DNA of 64,000 nt from Gammaproteobacteria bacterium (GTDB lineage Bacteria > Pseudomonadota > Gammaproteobacteria > Eutrophobiales > Eutrophobiaceae), in the NCBI GenBank assembly GCA_965116495.1, contig OZ220696.1, positions 864,001 to 928,000 of the forward strand, in the 5' to 3' direction. The notes beneath the pieces are model-generated. The model did no database searches, had not been told where the DNA came from, and saw nothing but the letters and a program-made list of their open reading frames with translations. Positions 30,003 through 39,300 of this stretch are shown piece by piece. Made by a program: the position numbers and the translations under genes. The number at the start of each line of letters is the position of its first letter. The stretch's first letter is position 1.

Positions 30003-33000
30003 TCACTGCTTGTCATATTCAGCGTCACCTGTATTATCCCATAGCTTGTTTAATCGCGCTTCCGGCGCGGCCATTGCTGCTTTGGTCAAGTTTATGGACT
30101 CGGTATGGTTAACCATCTCATTGAAGGCTACCTTGATTTTTTCCGTGAGGTCACTTTCCATCGCATAGACATCGGAAAGCTCTGCAAAATCCCAGCGGCC
30201 GAAGCTGCCCAGGTTGTTGACACCGACCAGCCATTGGGTGCGCATGGTCTCAGACTTCAGTTTGACATTTTCGTGCCTGTAGCCTTTGATCTCTACGATC
30301 AAATGCAGGGGATCATCCAGCCCATTTCCGTCATCAATCAAGATGATAAAGTCGGGAATGTAAAGCCGTGCCGTTGAGCCATCCTTGTATGGAACGTCAA
30401 AGCCCAGCCCCTGGTTTTTAACGTAAGAGATTACCTTGGGATGTTGTTCCACCACCCGGGCAAACTCGGCTTCCCAGCCGCTATCGACAACTACGTAGTT
30501 TATATGACACTTGTCCGGTGCCGTCCCATATACCTTTTTGGTCGTATGGAAATTGACATGGGCTGTGGAGGATGCCGGGTTGTAGGGATCAAGCACTGCG
30601 CGAATTCTGTTTTTGTCCGGCATGGCGTCCACCATGGCGTTGTAGATACGCTCACAGGCCTGGTCCGCGATATCCCGGTATTCCAGCATCCACTTACCGG
30701 TGTTGCCTTTGCACTTGAGGTAGCCGCCGTCAATCCACTGGCGAGCGATACGTTTTATATCCCCAAACAGGTGCATTTTGGGTTGTTGGTCTTTGTCCCT
30801 GAAGTACTTGTAAAGCAGGTGTTTGGACAAGTCAAAAGCGATGGTGCTGGGGCGCTTGGCGCGGGCCTCTGCCGCGGAAATTGTCTCGCCTTTGCCGACA
30901 ATTCCCTCCATACGGGTCTCACCCGGACCTACCATCTCCGGAGTCAGTTCCAGTTTCGAGTCTTCAGTGAAATTTGCGCTCAGCTTGTGCCTGGGCAACT
31001 CCACCCGGTATCCGGTGACTCGCGGAAAGGTGATTTCCAACGCCGCACGTTCACGGACGGCGTGAACGTGTGTCCTGGGTGGTGGCGGTGGTGGTGGCGG
31101 TATGGGTGGCTGCTTCGCGGTGAAACTGAACGGAATGCCCATGATGTCGGCGTATTCCACCGGCAGCAGTTCATCGTCATCCAGCTCGTAAGAGTAACGG
31201 CGCAAGCTGCGCCCGACGACCTGCTCGCACAGCAACTGGGTACCGAACGCCCGAATACCGAGGATATGGGTGACCGTATTGGCGTCCCAGCCTTCCGTCA
31301 GCATGGCAACGGAAACCACGCAGCGCACCTGTTCACCCAGGCGGCCCCTCTTGCCGATAGTGTTCATCACTTCGCGCAGCAGTTCCGCATCTGACAGGTT
31401 ATCCGCGCTGCCGGCGCCGTCGCGTATGGCTTTTTCGCGTTTGAACTGTTCGATCTCGAGCGCCGCTGCCTTGCGGAAATTTGTATCCAGCGCCTCGCCC
31501 GATTCAATCTGCTTGCTGTCGATCAGCAGGGTATTGGGGCGGGGCAGACGGTCGCCGTTTTCATCAAAGTTCCGAAACAATGCCAAATGACCATTCTGCG
31601 CGAATACATCTTCACCATCTTCGTCAGGCCGCTGCCAGCCGGATATCCATTCATAGACCAGTCTGGATGTCGTCGTGTTGTTGCAGACCACGATGAATAC
31701 GGGTGGAGTGTCTATGCCGGCCTGCTTCCAGCGCTCGTGGGTTTTCCCATAATGGCTGTACAGTGTATGCAGTGCAGTCTGGAGCTTATCCGGCAAGGCA
31801 AGCGGGTCGCCTCCTGTCTGCCGACCTTTTTTGGGCATGTCCTTACCTATGTGTTTCCAAAGGTCGCGAAAAACCGGAAAGTCTTCGGTCAGGATGTTAT
31901 CGGACACAGGCACCCGGGGCAGTTTGACGATGCCGCACTCGATGGCATCCATGAGGGAAAAATCACTGACTGTCCAGGGGAACAGGGTTCCCTCAGCCCA
32001 GCCGGAGCCGCGCAGGAAAAACGGCGTTGCGGACAGGTCATAGATGGCGCGCACGCCAAGTTTGCGCTTGAAAGTCTCTATGCCACTGAGCCAGACGCGG
32101 GCCGCCTCGTTCTCATTTTTGGCCTCCTTTTTCTCGTCGGACTTGAGCGCGGCGATATCCTTATTGCCGGGTTTCTCCCGGTAACAGTGATGCGCCTCGT
32201 CGTTGATGACGACGATGTTTTTCAATCCCATTAATTTATCGGCGACACGCCGAATCATCTGCCCTTCGGTCTCGGTTGTGTGTAAGGTCTGCTCGCGGCC
32301 CCGCAGCAGGGACTTGCCGACCTTGCCGGTGTCCATGACTTCGCGCAGTTGGAACGTGTGGTAATTGGTAATGATGATGCGGGCCTTGTTGATCTCGTCC
32401 AGCATATCCACCGGGACCAGTTCCCGGGCCTTGTAATAGCTGTCCGGGTCGTTAGGCTGCAATATCCGCAACCGGTCGCGAATGGTAATTCCCGGAGTCA
32501 CGATCAGGAAGCCCCGGCTAAAGAGCCTGCTGCCGGGCGTGCGCACTGCGTTGACCGTCTGCCAGGCAATCAGCATCGCCATTACCGTTGTCTTGCCCGA
32601 GCCGGTGGCCATCTTCAGCGCCAGCCGCAATAGTTCCGGGTTGGCTTGAAGGTTAGCGTCCTGTATGTAGTTCCAGATGCCTTTGTGCCGCTTTTGCCGA
32701 CGCGCGACTTCCGTCAACCAGATAAGGGTTTCCATAGCCTCTATCTGGCAGAAAAACGGGCGTATGCTCTGAAATTGATAATCCCGCCAGTGTCGCAGCA
32801 ACCGCGCCGTGGCCGGTGTTACTCCCCAATCCTGCTGATTATGCAACCGGCGCCAGTCCGATACATGGGAACGAATCTCATTGATAATGGGAAACGGGTT
32901 GTATGCCTGTTCGTCCGATGAAAGCCCCTCATCATAAGAGAATGCAAGGCCAACCTGTTCCTGGGCGTCCTGCTGATGGCGCAACCTGGGTTGGGGAACG

Positions 33001-33140
33001 GGGCTGATCAACTCGGAGCGACGACGGCCGCTGACAGGCGGACCATCCACGGGTTGGCCTGTTTCATTCAGACGATGATGCAGCCGGGGCTCCTCGTAGG
33101 GCGAATTCAGGACAGGTTTTTCGTAAAATGATTCAGCCAT
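30003..33140 (-). CDS. res: Type III R-M restriction subunit (Res)
   Basis: MATGSGKT, NDEAHHCY, DLSATP, MLTEGWD, EQVVGR and C-terminal YIPDF...VEIKG nuclease motif. Confidence 0.92.
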   Translation of the reverse strand: MAESFYEKPVLNSPYEEPRLHHRLNETGQPVDGPPVSGRRRSELISPVPQPRLRHQQDAQEQVGLAFSYDEGLSSDEQAYNPFPIINEIRSHVSDWRRLHNQQDWGVTPATARLLRHWRDYQFQSIRPFFCQIEAMETLIWLTEVARRQKRHKGIWNYIQDANLQANPELLRLALKMATGSGKTTVMAMLIAWQTVNAVRTPGSRLFSRGFLIVTPGITIRDRLRILQPNDPDSYYKARELVPVDMLDEINKARIIITNYHTFQLREVMDTGKVGKSLLRGREQTLHTTETEGQMIRRVADKLMGLKNIVVINDEAHHCYREKPGNKDIAALKSDEKKEAKNENEAARVWLSGIETFKRKLGVRAIYDLSATPFFLRGSGWAEGTLFPWTVSDFSLMDAIECGIVKLPRVPVSDNILTEDFPVFRDLWKHIGKDMPKKGRQTGGDPLALPDKLQTALHTLYSHYGKTHERWKQAGIDTPPVFIVVCNNTTTSRLVYEWISGWQRPDEDGEDVFAQNGHLALFRNFDENGDRLPRPNTLLIDSKQIESGEALDTNFRKAAALEIEQFKREKAIRDGAGSADNLSDAELLREVMNTIGKRGRLGEQVRCVVSVAMLTEGWDANTVTHILGIRAFGTQLLCEQVVGRSLRRYSYELDDDELLPVEYADIMGIPFSFTAKQPPIPPPPPPPPRTHVHAVRERAALEITFPRVTGYRVELPRHKLSANFTEDSKLELTPEMVGPGETRMEGIVGKGETISAAEARAKRPSTIAFDLSKHLLYKYFRDKDQQPKMHLFGDIKRIARQWIDGGYLKCKGNTGKWMLEYRDIADQACERIYNAMVDAMPDKNRIRAVLDPYNPASSTAHVNFHTTKKVYGTAPDKCHINYVVVDSGWEAEFARVVEQHPKVISYVKNQGLGFDVPYKDGSTARLYIPDFIILIDDGNGLDDPLHLIVEIKGYRHENVKLKSETMRTQWLVGVNNLGSFGRWDFAELSDVYAMESDLTEKIKVAFNEMVNHTESINLTKAAMAAPEARLNKLWDNTGDAEYDKQ

Positions 33141-33301
33141 TTCTGTATGCATCTTTAAACGCAATGCGTTACATTAGCTTAATCGTAGTTGTTGTTCAAA
33201 AAAGAAGACTCAGACAGTATCGCAGATGGATTTATTCCGAAAAGATTGTTTATTGGTGTGTGGCGTGCCATCTGTGTTCCTGAAGCACGCGTCGATTCTT
33301 G

Positions 33302-34828
33302 TCAACTCTTCCAATCCACCGCCATTTCTTCCCCGATGAACTCGGCAAACGGAATTATATTCTTATGCACGGAAGCCTGCTCTAACGCTTGCATGTATTG
33401 CTCGCGACGTGATCTATCAGATCGAATTATCGTCCAGGGATAACCACCTGACACCAGCATAACGTTCATGAGAAAACGAGCTATCCGTCCGTTGCCATCC
33501 ATGTATGGGTGAATAAAAACAAAGAAGAAATGCCCCAGTATTGCACTGACGATGGGCACAGGTTCGTTAATTAAGCATTCAAAATAAGCATCCAGGGCAT
33601 CAAGTAAGGCCTCTTTCGGTAAGGGAACATGGGCTGAGTCACGAATGTAGACTTGAGCATTTCTATAGCCGGCCAGTTCAGCAGGTTTAATGATGCCGGC
33701 CTGAACGCCAGGCGAAAATAATGCCTGGTACCAGTCTTGTAGATCCTGTTTTACGGTTTCTCCCGCGTGTCCGCCATCGAATACTTTTTGCACACTCTCA
33801 CAGACAACTCTGAATGCGTCAAAATAGCCTTTTGCTGCCATTGCATTACGTTGCTCTGCATCGGATTGAACGGCGTCAGGATTCCATCCGCCGGTTCGAA
33901 CGCGCTCAATCAACTCCGGTGTAACTTCATAGCCTTCAATGGATAAAGAGTGGTAGGCATCATGTCGATATAACTCTTCGATTTCCTTCATGGAAGCAAT
34001 CGAACCTTTCGTCAATTGAGAAGGTTCCGGAAACCGGTTAATAACGGGTTCTCGTATGGCTTGCCATTGTGCGCGAATGCGAGCCGCATAAGGTGAGGTA
34101 ATACGTACCGCCGTCTTTCCAAAAACCGGCTGATTTGCTGCGAAAGGATTCTCAGGTCTTACCTGGTGTCCGGCACTGACCATGCTGCTTTCTATAAATC
34201 GTGCTGCGTCAGCATCGCCTAAAAGACGGTAGGCCCCAATCAGTCGGCCGGCAATGCTGGTGTGTCCACCCATAAGTAATATTCTGACCAACTCTGTCGA
34301 ATCAACCATGCGAAGCGCGATTTCTGCCTTAACGGGTTCATGACGGAACAGGGCAGGTGAACTGCGACATAATGCAGCCGCCAGAGGCAGTGTTTGTATG
34401 CCAAGTCGGATTTCTCTGTTACCTGGCAACTCTGCCGTTTCATATATGAACAGGGAAGTCTGATGCAACAACTCAACTCGGTTACTGCCGCCTGTCGCAG
34501 TCATCACTACTAATTGAGGGGGCAGCGCATTCTTGTCCAGATGAAAATCAAGAGAAGCTTCTGCCGACAGGCAATAATCAACACCAAATCGTTTGTTCAG
34601 GTATTGCTTAATAAAATCCCAGTATGAAGCAAACCAGCGCGTGGATTGACCCTGGTCACCGGGATGACCAAGGATATACCAACCACGGATGACCTGCGTC
34701 AACCAACCGGCTTTGAGCAGACGTTCCCGATGGACGCGTGACAGGTCACTGGAGTGTACGATATTATCCTGTGCCGCTTGTCTGGCCCGCTCCAGGGAAT
34801 TTGCCAGTAAAGTTTCAAATGTAGCCAT
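33302..34828 (-). CDS. Fic family protein with long N-terminal extension
   Basis: HPYMDGNGRIAR Fic motif; YHSLSIEGY. Confidence 0.92.
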   Translation of the reverse strand: MATFETLLANSLERARQAAQDNIVHSSDLSRVHRERLLKAGWLTQVIRGWYILGHPGDQGQSTRWFASYWDFIKQYLNKRFGVDYCLSAEASLDFHLDKNALPPQLVVMTATGGSNRVELLHQTSLFIYETAELPGNREIRLGIQTLPLAAALCRSSPALFRHEPVKAEIALRMVDSTELVRILLMGGHTSIAGRLIGAYRLLGDADAARFIESSMVSAGHQVRPENPFAANQPVFGKTAVRITSPYAARIRAQWQAIREPVINRFPEPSQLTKGSIASMKEIEELYRHDAYHSLSIEGYEVTPELIERVRTGGWNPDAVQSDAEQRNAMAAKGYFDAFRVVCESVQKVFDGGHAGETVKQDLQDWYQALFSPGVQAGIIKPAELAGYRNAQVYIRDSAHVPLPKEALLDALDAYFECLINEPVPIVSAILGHFFFVFIHPYMDGNGRIARFLMNVMLVSGGYPWTIIRSDRSRREQYMQALEQASVHKNIIPFAEFIGEEMAVDWKS

Positions 34829-35038
34829 TACAGTGTTACCTGTATTTGTTGCTGTTACATCCCAATGTTTTAATGTTGTTATATTATTATGTTTTATTGT
34901 TATTACAACACGAAAGGAACTGATATAGATAGTTCGGGTAGAGAATTATGATGGGAGAATTATGATGGGTTGTAAGTATTGCTATAGTCTGATAACTATA
35001 GTATGACTTCCTGAGACAGTAATTCATACGAGAAAATC

Positions 35039-35254
35039 ATGAGAATTTCTGAACGAGGCCAGATTACCATTCCCAAGCAGTTGAGAGACCGCTTCGGCAT
35101 GGGCTGTAACGTCGAGGTCGAGATTACTCCGACCAGTGACGGCCTGCTCATCCGTAAACAAACAGCTTCTCAACACCCGGTAGAACGGGTGTACGCTATC
35201 CTGGGACGCGACGGCAATACTGACGATTACATTGAAGATATCCGCGGAAGGTGA
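35039..35254 (+). CDS. AbrB-family antitoxin, second copy
   Basis: 69/71 aa identical to 18981-19196. Confidence 0.9.
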   Translation: MRISERGQITIPKQLRDRFGMGCNVEVEITPTSDGLLIRKQTASQHPVERVYAILGRDGNTDDYIEDIRGR

Positions 35255-35298
35255 TCAGCGCCGTTGACACCAGCGTCCTCCTGGATGTGTTTCTCCCG
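35251..35298 (+). pseudogene. Truncated PIN toxin (first 16 codons)
   Basis: MISAVDTSVLLDVFLP identical to the toxin at 19193, then unrelated sequence. Confidence 0.9.
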
Positions 35299-35328
35299 CC
35301 CGGCACCATGACACAACCGGCGGTTGGT

Positions 35329-35947
35329 TTAATTGACAGAGACCCTGGACGTTGGCATGCCTACGTGGTTCATTGTAGTCTGGTTGCCGAGCAAAGGCGG
35401 CGAGTGCATTTCATTAAATTCGGCGTCGGACTGCAATTCCAGCCACACTTCACCAACATAGCGATCAGTTCTGCCGCTGGATGAATATGACGTTGTACAC
35501 ACACCTCCTCCACTGGGGGGGCAGGTGCCCGTCGTGGTGACTGTCTCGTTGTGATGGCAGTCATTGTCGGATGCCGTACAGTCCCACTCCATAGAGATGT
35601 CATACACCGTATTGCTGACCTTCTTGATTTCTTCACCAACTGATCCCAGGCCGTACCTGCGGTCAGTGTGGCCCGGGACCAGGTTGGTCGTCTCGTCTGT
35701 CATAAAGTCATGCCAACTGACTCCGCTCACCGGTTCGGAGAAAGTCACCCGCCACGTCACTTTCTGAGTGCTGCTCCCGCTTGCCGGTGTCGGTACGGGC
35801 GCTGTACAGATGTAAGGCTTATAAGATGTCCGATCCGCTTCAGCCAGAGGGCAGGTAATTTGCGCGCTTGCTTCACCGGCAAGGCCAAACAGGGCTACCC
35901 CCCCCCCAGAAGACGGCAATCGTCAGATATCGTATGATGGTGTTCAT
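35329..35947 (-). pseudogene. Secreted Ig-like/Cys-rich protein frameshifted at a G10 tract in its signal peptide
   Basis: GGAG RBS + ATG 35947 (MNTIIRYLTIAVFW) joins VALFGLAGEASA-QITCP only if the G run at 35898-35907 is 9 rather than 10; VTWRVTFSEPVSGV..DF Ig-like motif. Confidence 0.7.
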
Positions 35948-36044
35948 GATCTCGCTCCCACTCCCGGTGTATTAACTGTCCCGAGTATAGCATAACCAAA
36001 AAAGATCCAGTACTAAATGAGTACCGGCAGACCTGTCATCGCTA

Positions 36045-36073
36045 TTGACTTCCCGTTGTCATCCTGTTAAAAT
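36045..36073 (+). promoter_or_regulatory. Strong sigma70 promoter with no long downstream ORF
   Basis: TTGACT-17 bp-TAAAAT with TG extension and GC-rich discriminator CCGCCTC. Confidence 0.65.
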
Positions 36074-36397
36074 CCGCCTCTGTTTTGAGCGCCTGTTCAG
36101 AGGCTTTTTCACATACGAGGGGTAACCGAAAGGGGAAAACCAATGTGCACGTCTTTCACCCAACGGGCGGTCCCAATTACACCCGGGTCACTGGCGTCAA
36201 GACTTTAGCTGACGATGAGTGCGAAGGTGAGGAGAAATTCAGGATATAGTATTCACTGCGGGGCAGAACAAAAGCCGGGGGGACGGATTGGTCTGGAGGC
36301 GCCAGGGGGTTGCCCGGCAGTTTCACTGTTGTAGCCGCGATCCAGGATAGTTGCTCTGCGGATGAATAAACTAATCCGCGTCATCCACTGACCCAAA

Positions 36398-39300
36398 CTA
36401 CCCATCGTAATAGGGCCCTATTATATCCTCAATGCCAAACCCATCCACGCCGGCATCGTACCCCCCCACACCCCCATCCCCCAAGGTCAATGACAGCGCC
36501 GGGACGGACACGCGACCGGCCACCTGGGCGCTCAACTGGGACGCCGGGGGCGTCGGCCCCGTGCCCTCGAAAATCGCAAACTGGGATTCGTCCAGATCGG
36601 CGAGGTCGGTGTCCAGCAAGGTGATGCTGTCTTCCTTGCCGCTGGGATCCGTGTAAATGACCACGTCGTTGCCAATTTGTTCGGCATGGTTCGCCAGCAT
36701 CTCGTCGAAGTCGGCGAAGCCCACCTGGATGAGGAAGAAGCTGTCGCCCTCGTCCGGGTTGAAATCGGTGATCACGTCGCGGCCGAAATTGCCGTAGATG
36801 GTAAACCTGTCGTCGCCCGCGCCGCCGGTCATGCGATCGTGGCCGAAGCTACCGTTGATATAGTCCCTGCCGCCGCGCCCGTCGATCAAGTCGTTGTCGT
36901 CTGAGCCAACCAGCGAGTCCACCTCGTCGGTGCCGGTCATCGTGAGGCCGTTGTGGCGCCAGGGGGTGGGCGCCGGGTCGGATTCGGGTTCTGGCTCGGG
37001 TTCCGGGTCTGGCTCCGGGTCTGGTTCCGGCTCAGGTTCGGGTTCCGGGTCTGGCTCCGGCTCTGGTTCGGTTGAGGTCTCCTCGGGTTGTTGCTCCTCC
37101 TGTTCCGCTTCGATCTCGGTGAGGGCTTCCACCACCGGGTCCCAACGGCTCGCCGACCATCTGTCCGCCATCTCCTGCGCCTCGGTGGCGGTCATGGGCG
37201 TGTAGCCGTTGTCGTCGCCCAAGGCCGCGAGCACTTTCATCCAGCGGTCGACATGGGCCTGGCCGTTGTGGGTCTCGGCGGCATAACCGCGCACGTCGGC
37301 AATTAACTCGCTGTAGTCGTTCCCTTCATCCGCCTTCTTCCCCTGGCCGTTGTCGGGCGGGGTGAGCTGGTCGTCCAGGGTGGGGGCCGGCTCATCGTTG
37401 TCGGTGATGGTGGCCTCGCCGCTGGCATCGCCCAGGGTGGCGTTGCTGGGGGAGCTCAAGGTGACGGTGAAGGTCTCGTCGGTCTCATCCTCACTGTCAT
37501 CCGTGGTCTGCACCCAGAGGGTCGCGAATTGTGCGCCGGCGCTGATGGTCAGGGTTTGACCGGTCTGGCCGGTGTAGTCGCTGCCATCCGTTGCGGTGCC
37601 GTCGGTGGCAGTCCAGTTGACCGTAACGTCCTTGCCGGAGACCGCATCGAGCGAGACGGTGAACTGGAGCATATCACCTTCGGCCACGGTTACGTCGTCA
37701 ATGGACAATGAGGGCGCGGCGTCGTTGTCGGAGAGGGTGGCCTCCCCGGTGGCTGTGCCTATGGTGGCATTGGTAGGAGCGCTCAATGTAACAGTGAAGG
37801 TTTCATCCGGCTCGTCGATGGCGTCATCGGTGGTCTGCACGGTGATGGTGGCGCTCTGCTGACCCGCGGCGATGGTAAGGGTTTGACCGGCCTGGCCGGT
37901 GTAGTCACTGCCATCCACTGCTATGCTGTCGGACGTGTCCCAGGTAAGGGTGACGTCCTCCGTCCAGGTCTTGTCGAGACTCACAGTGAATTCGACCTCG
38001 TTGCCTTCGGTGACGGATACATCATCGATAGCGGCCACCGGCGGGGTGCTTGCCGCTTGCTGCGCCGCCTGCTCCGCTTCGATCTCGGTGAGGGCTTCCA
38101 CCACCGGGTCCCAACGGCTCGCCGACCATCTGTCCGCCATCTCCTGCGCCTCGGTGGCGGTCATGGGCGTGTAGCCGTTGTCGTCGCCCAAGGCCGCGAG
38201 CACTTTCATCCAGCGGTCGACATGGGCCTGGCCGTTGTGGGTCTCGGCGGCATAACCGCGCACGTCGGCAATCAGCGCGTCGTACCGGCCTGGCGGGGGC
38301 GGGTCATCGTTATCGGTGAGAGTAGCTTCGCCGCTGGCATCGCCCAGGGTGGCGTTGGTGGGGGAACTCAGGGTGATGGTGAAGGTCTCGTCGGTCTCAT
38401 CGTCACTGTCGTCGGCGGTCTGCACCGTGATGGTGGCGCTCTGCTGGCCGGCGGCGATGGTAAGGGTTTGACCGGTCTGGCCGGTGTAGTCACTGCCATC
38501 TGTAGCCGTGCCGTCAGATGTGTCCCAGGTAAGGGTGACGTCCTCGCCCCAGGTCTTGTCCAGACTCACGGTGAACTCGACTCTGCCCCCTTCGGTAACG
38601 CTCACATCGTCAATGGACGCCACCGGCGGAGTGGGCGGCGCTTGTTGTTTCGCCTCCTGTGCCGCCTCTATCTCAGTCAATGCCTCGGCCACCGGGTTCC
38701 AGCGCGGCCAGCCGTAACCGGCATAGTTCCGGGCTTCCTCCGCAGTCATGGGCGTATAGCCGTTGTCATCACCAAACGCCGCCAGTACCTGCATCCAGCG
38801 GTCCACGTGTGCCTGACCCTGGAACGTCTCCGCAGCATAGCCGCGCACCATGCCAATCAACTCGCTGTAGTCCGGGTCGGTTGCCTGCCCCGTGTCCTGG
38901 CTAGTGTCCTCGCTGAAATCTTCCGATGGTGTGATCGAAAAATCGTTCGTACTCAGATCTGACAGTTGCGTGTTCTTCAGGGTGACACGATTGGTCGTGC
39001 CGCTCTCATCCGTATAAATCACCACATCATTGCCGTCCTGCACGGCATGATTGGCCAGCATCCCGGCATAGTCGGCAAAGCCCACCGAGTCCAGGATGAC
39101 TATATCGCCCGCATCCGGGTCGAAGTCCTCCACCACGTCCTGCCCGTCACCGCCGTAAATATCAAACGCATCCGCGCCCGCGCCGCCGCGCAAGGTGTCG
39201 TTGCCCTGGGCGCCGGTCAGGACGTCGCTGTCCGCGCCACCTTCGAGCGTGTCATCGCCCGCACCGCCTTCGAGGAAATCCTTGCCGGGCCCACCCTTGA

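Larger units (their letters stand above)
34966..35298 (+). repeat. 333-bp direct repeat, copy 2
   Basis: Matches 18908-19240; preceded by tandem GAGAATTATGATGG x2. Confidence 0.95.

Noticed and set aside
35299-35484. Continuation of the second vapC ORF as a 77-aa protein
   Set aside because: After codon 16 it is mostly antisense read-through of the neighbouring gene, with no PIN motifs.
36110-36160. c-di-GMP riboswitch or t44-like leader
   Set aside because: A GAAA tetraloop is present but the other conserved elements could not be matched by eye.
36970-37070. Possible CRISPR or VNTR array
   Set aside because: Degenerate coding hexamers for a Glu/Asp-Pro linker; no repeat-spacer structure and no cas genes in the window.
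37104-38272. Diversity-generating retroelement template/variable repeat pair
   Set aside because: The copies are identical rather than adenine-mutated, and no reverse transcriptase is present.
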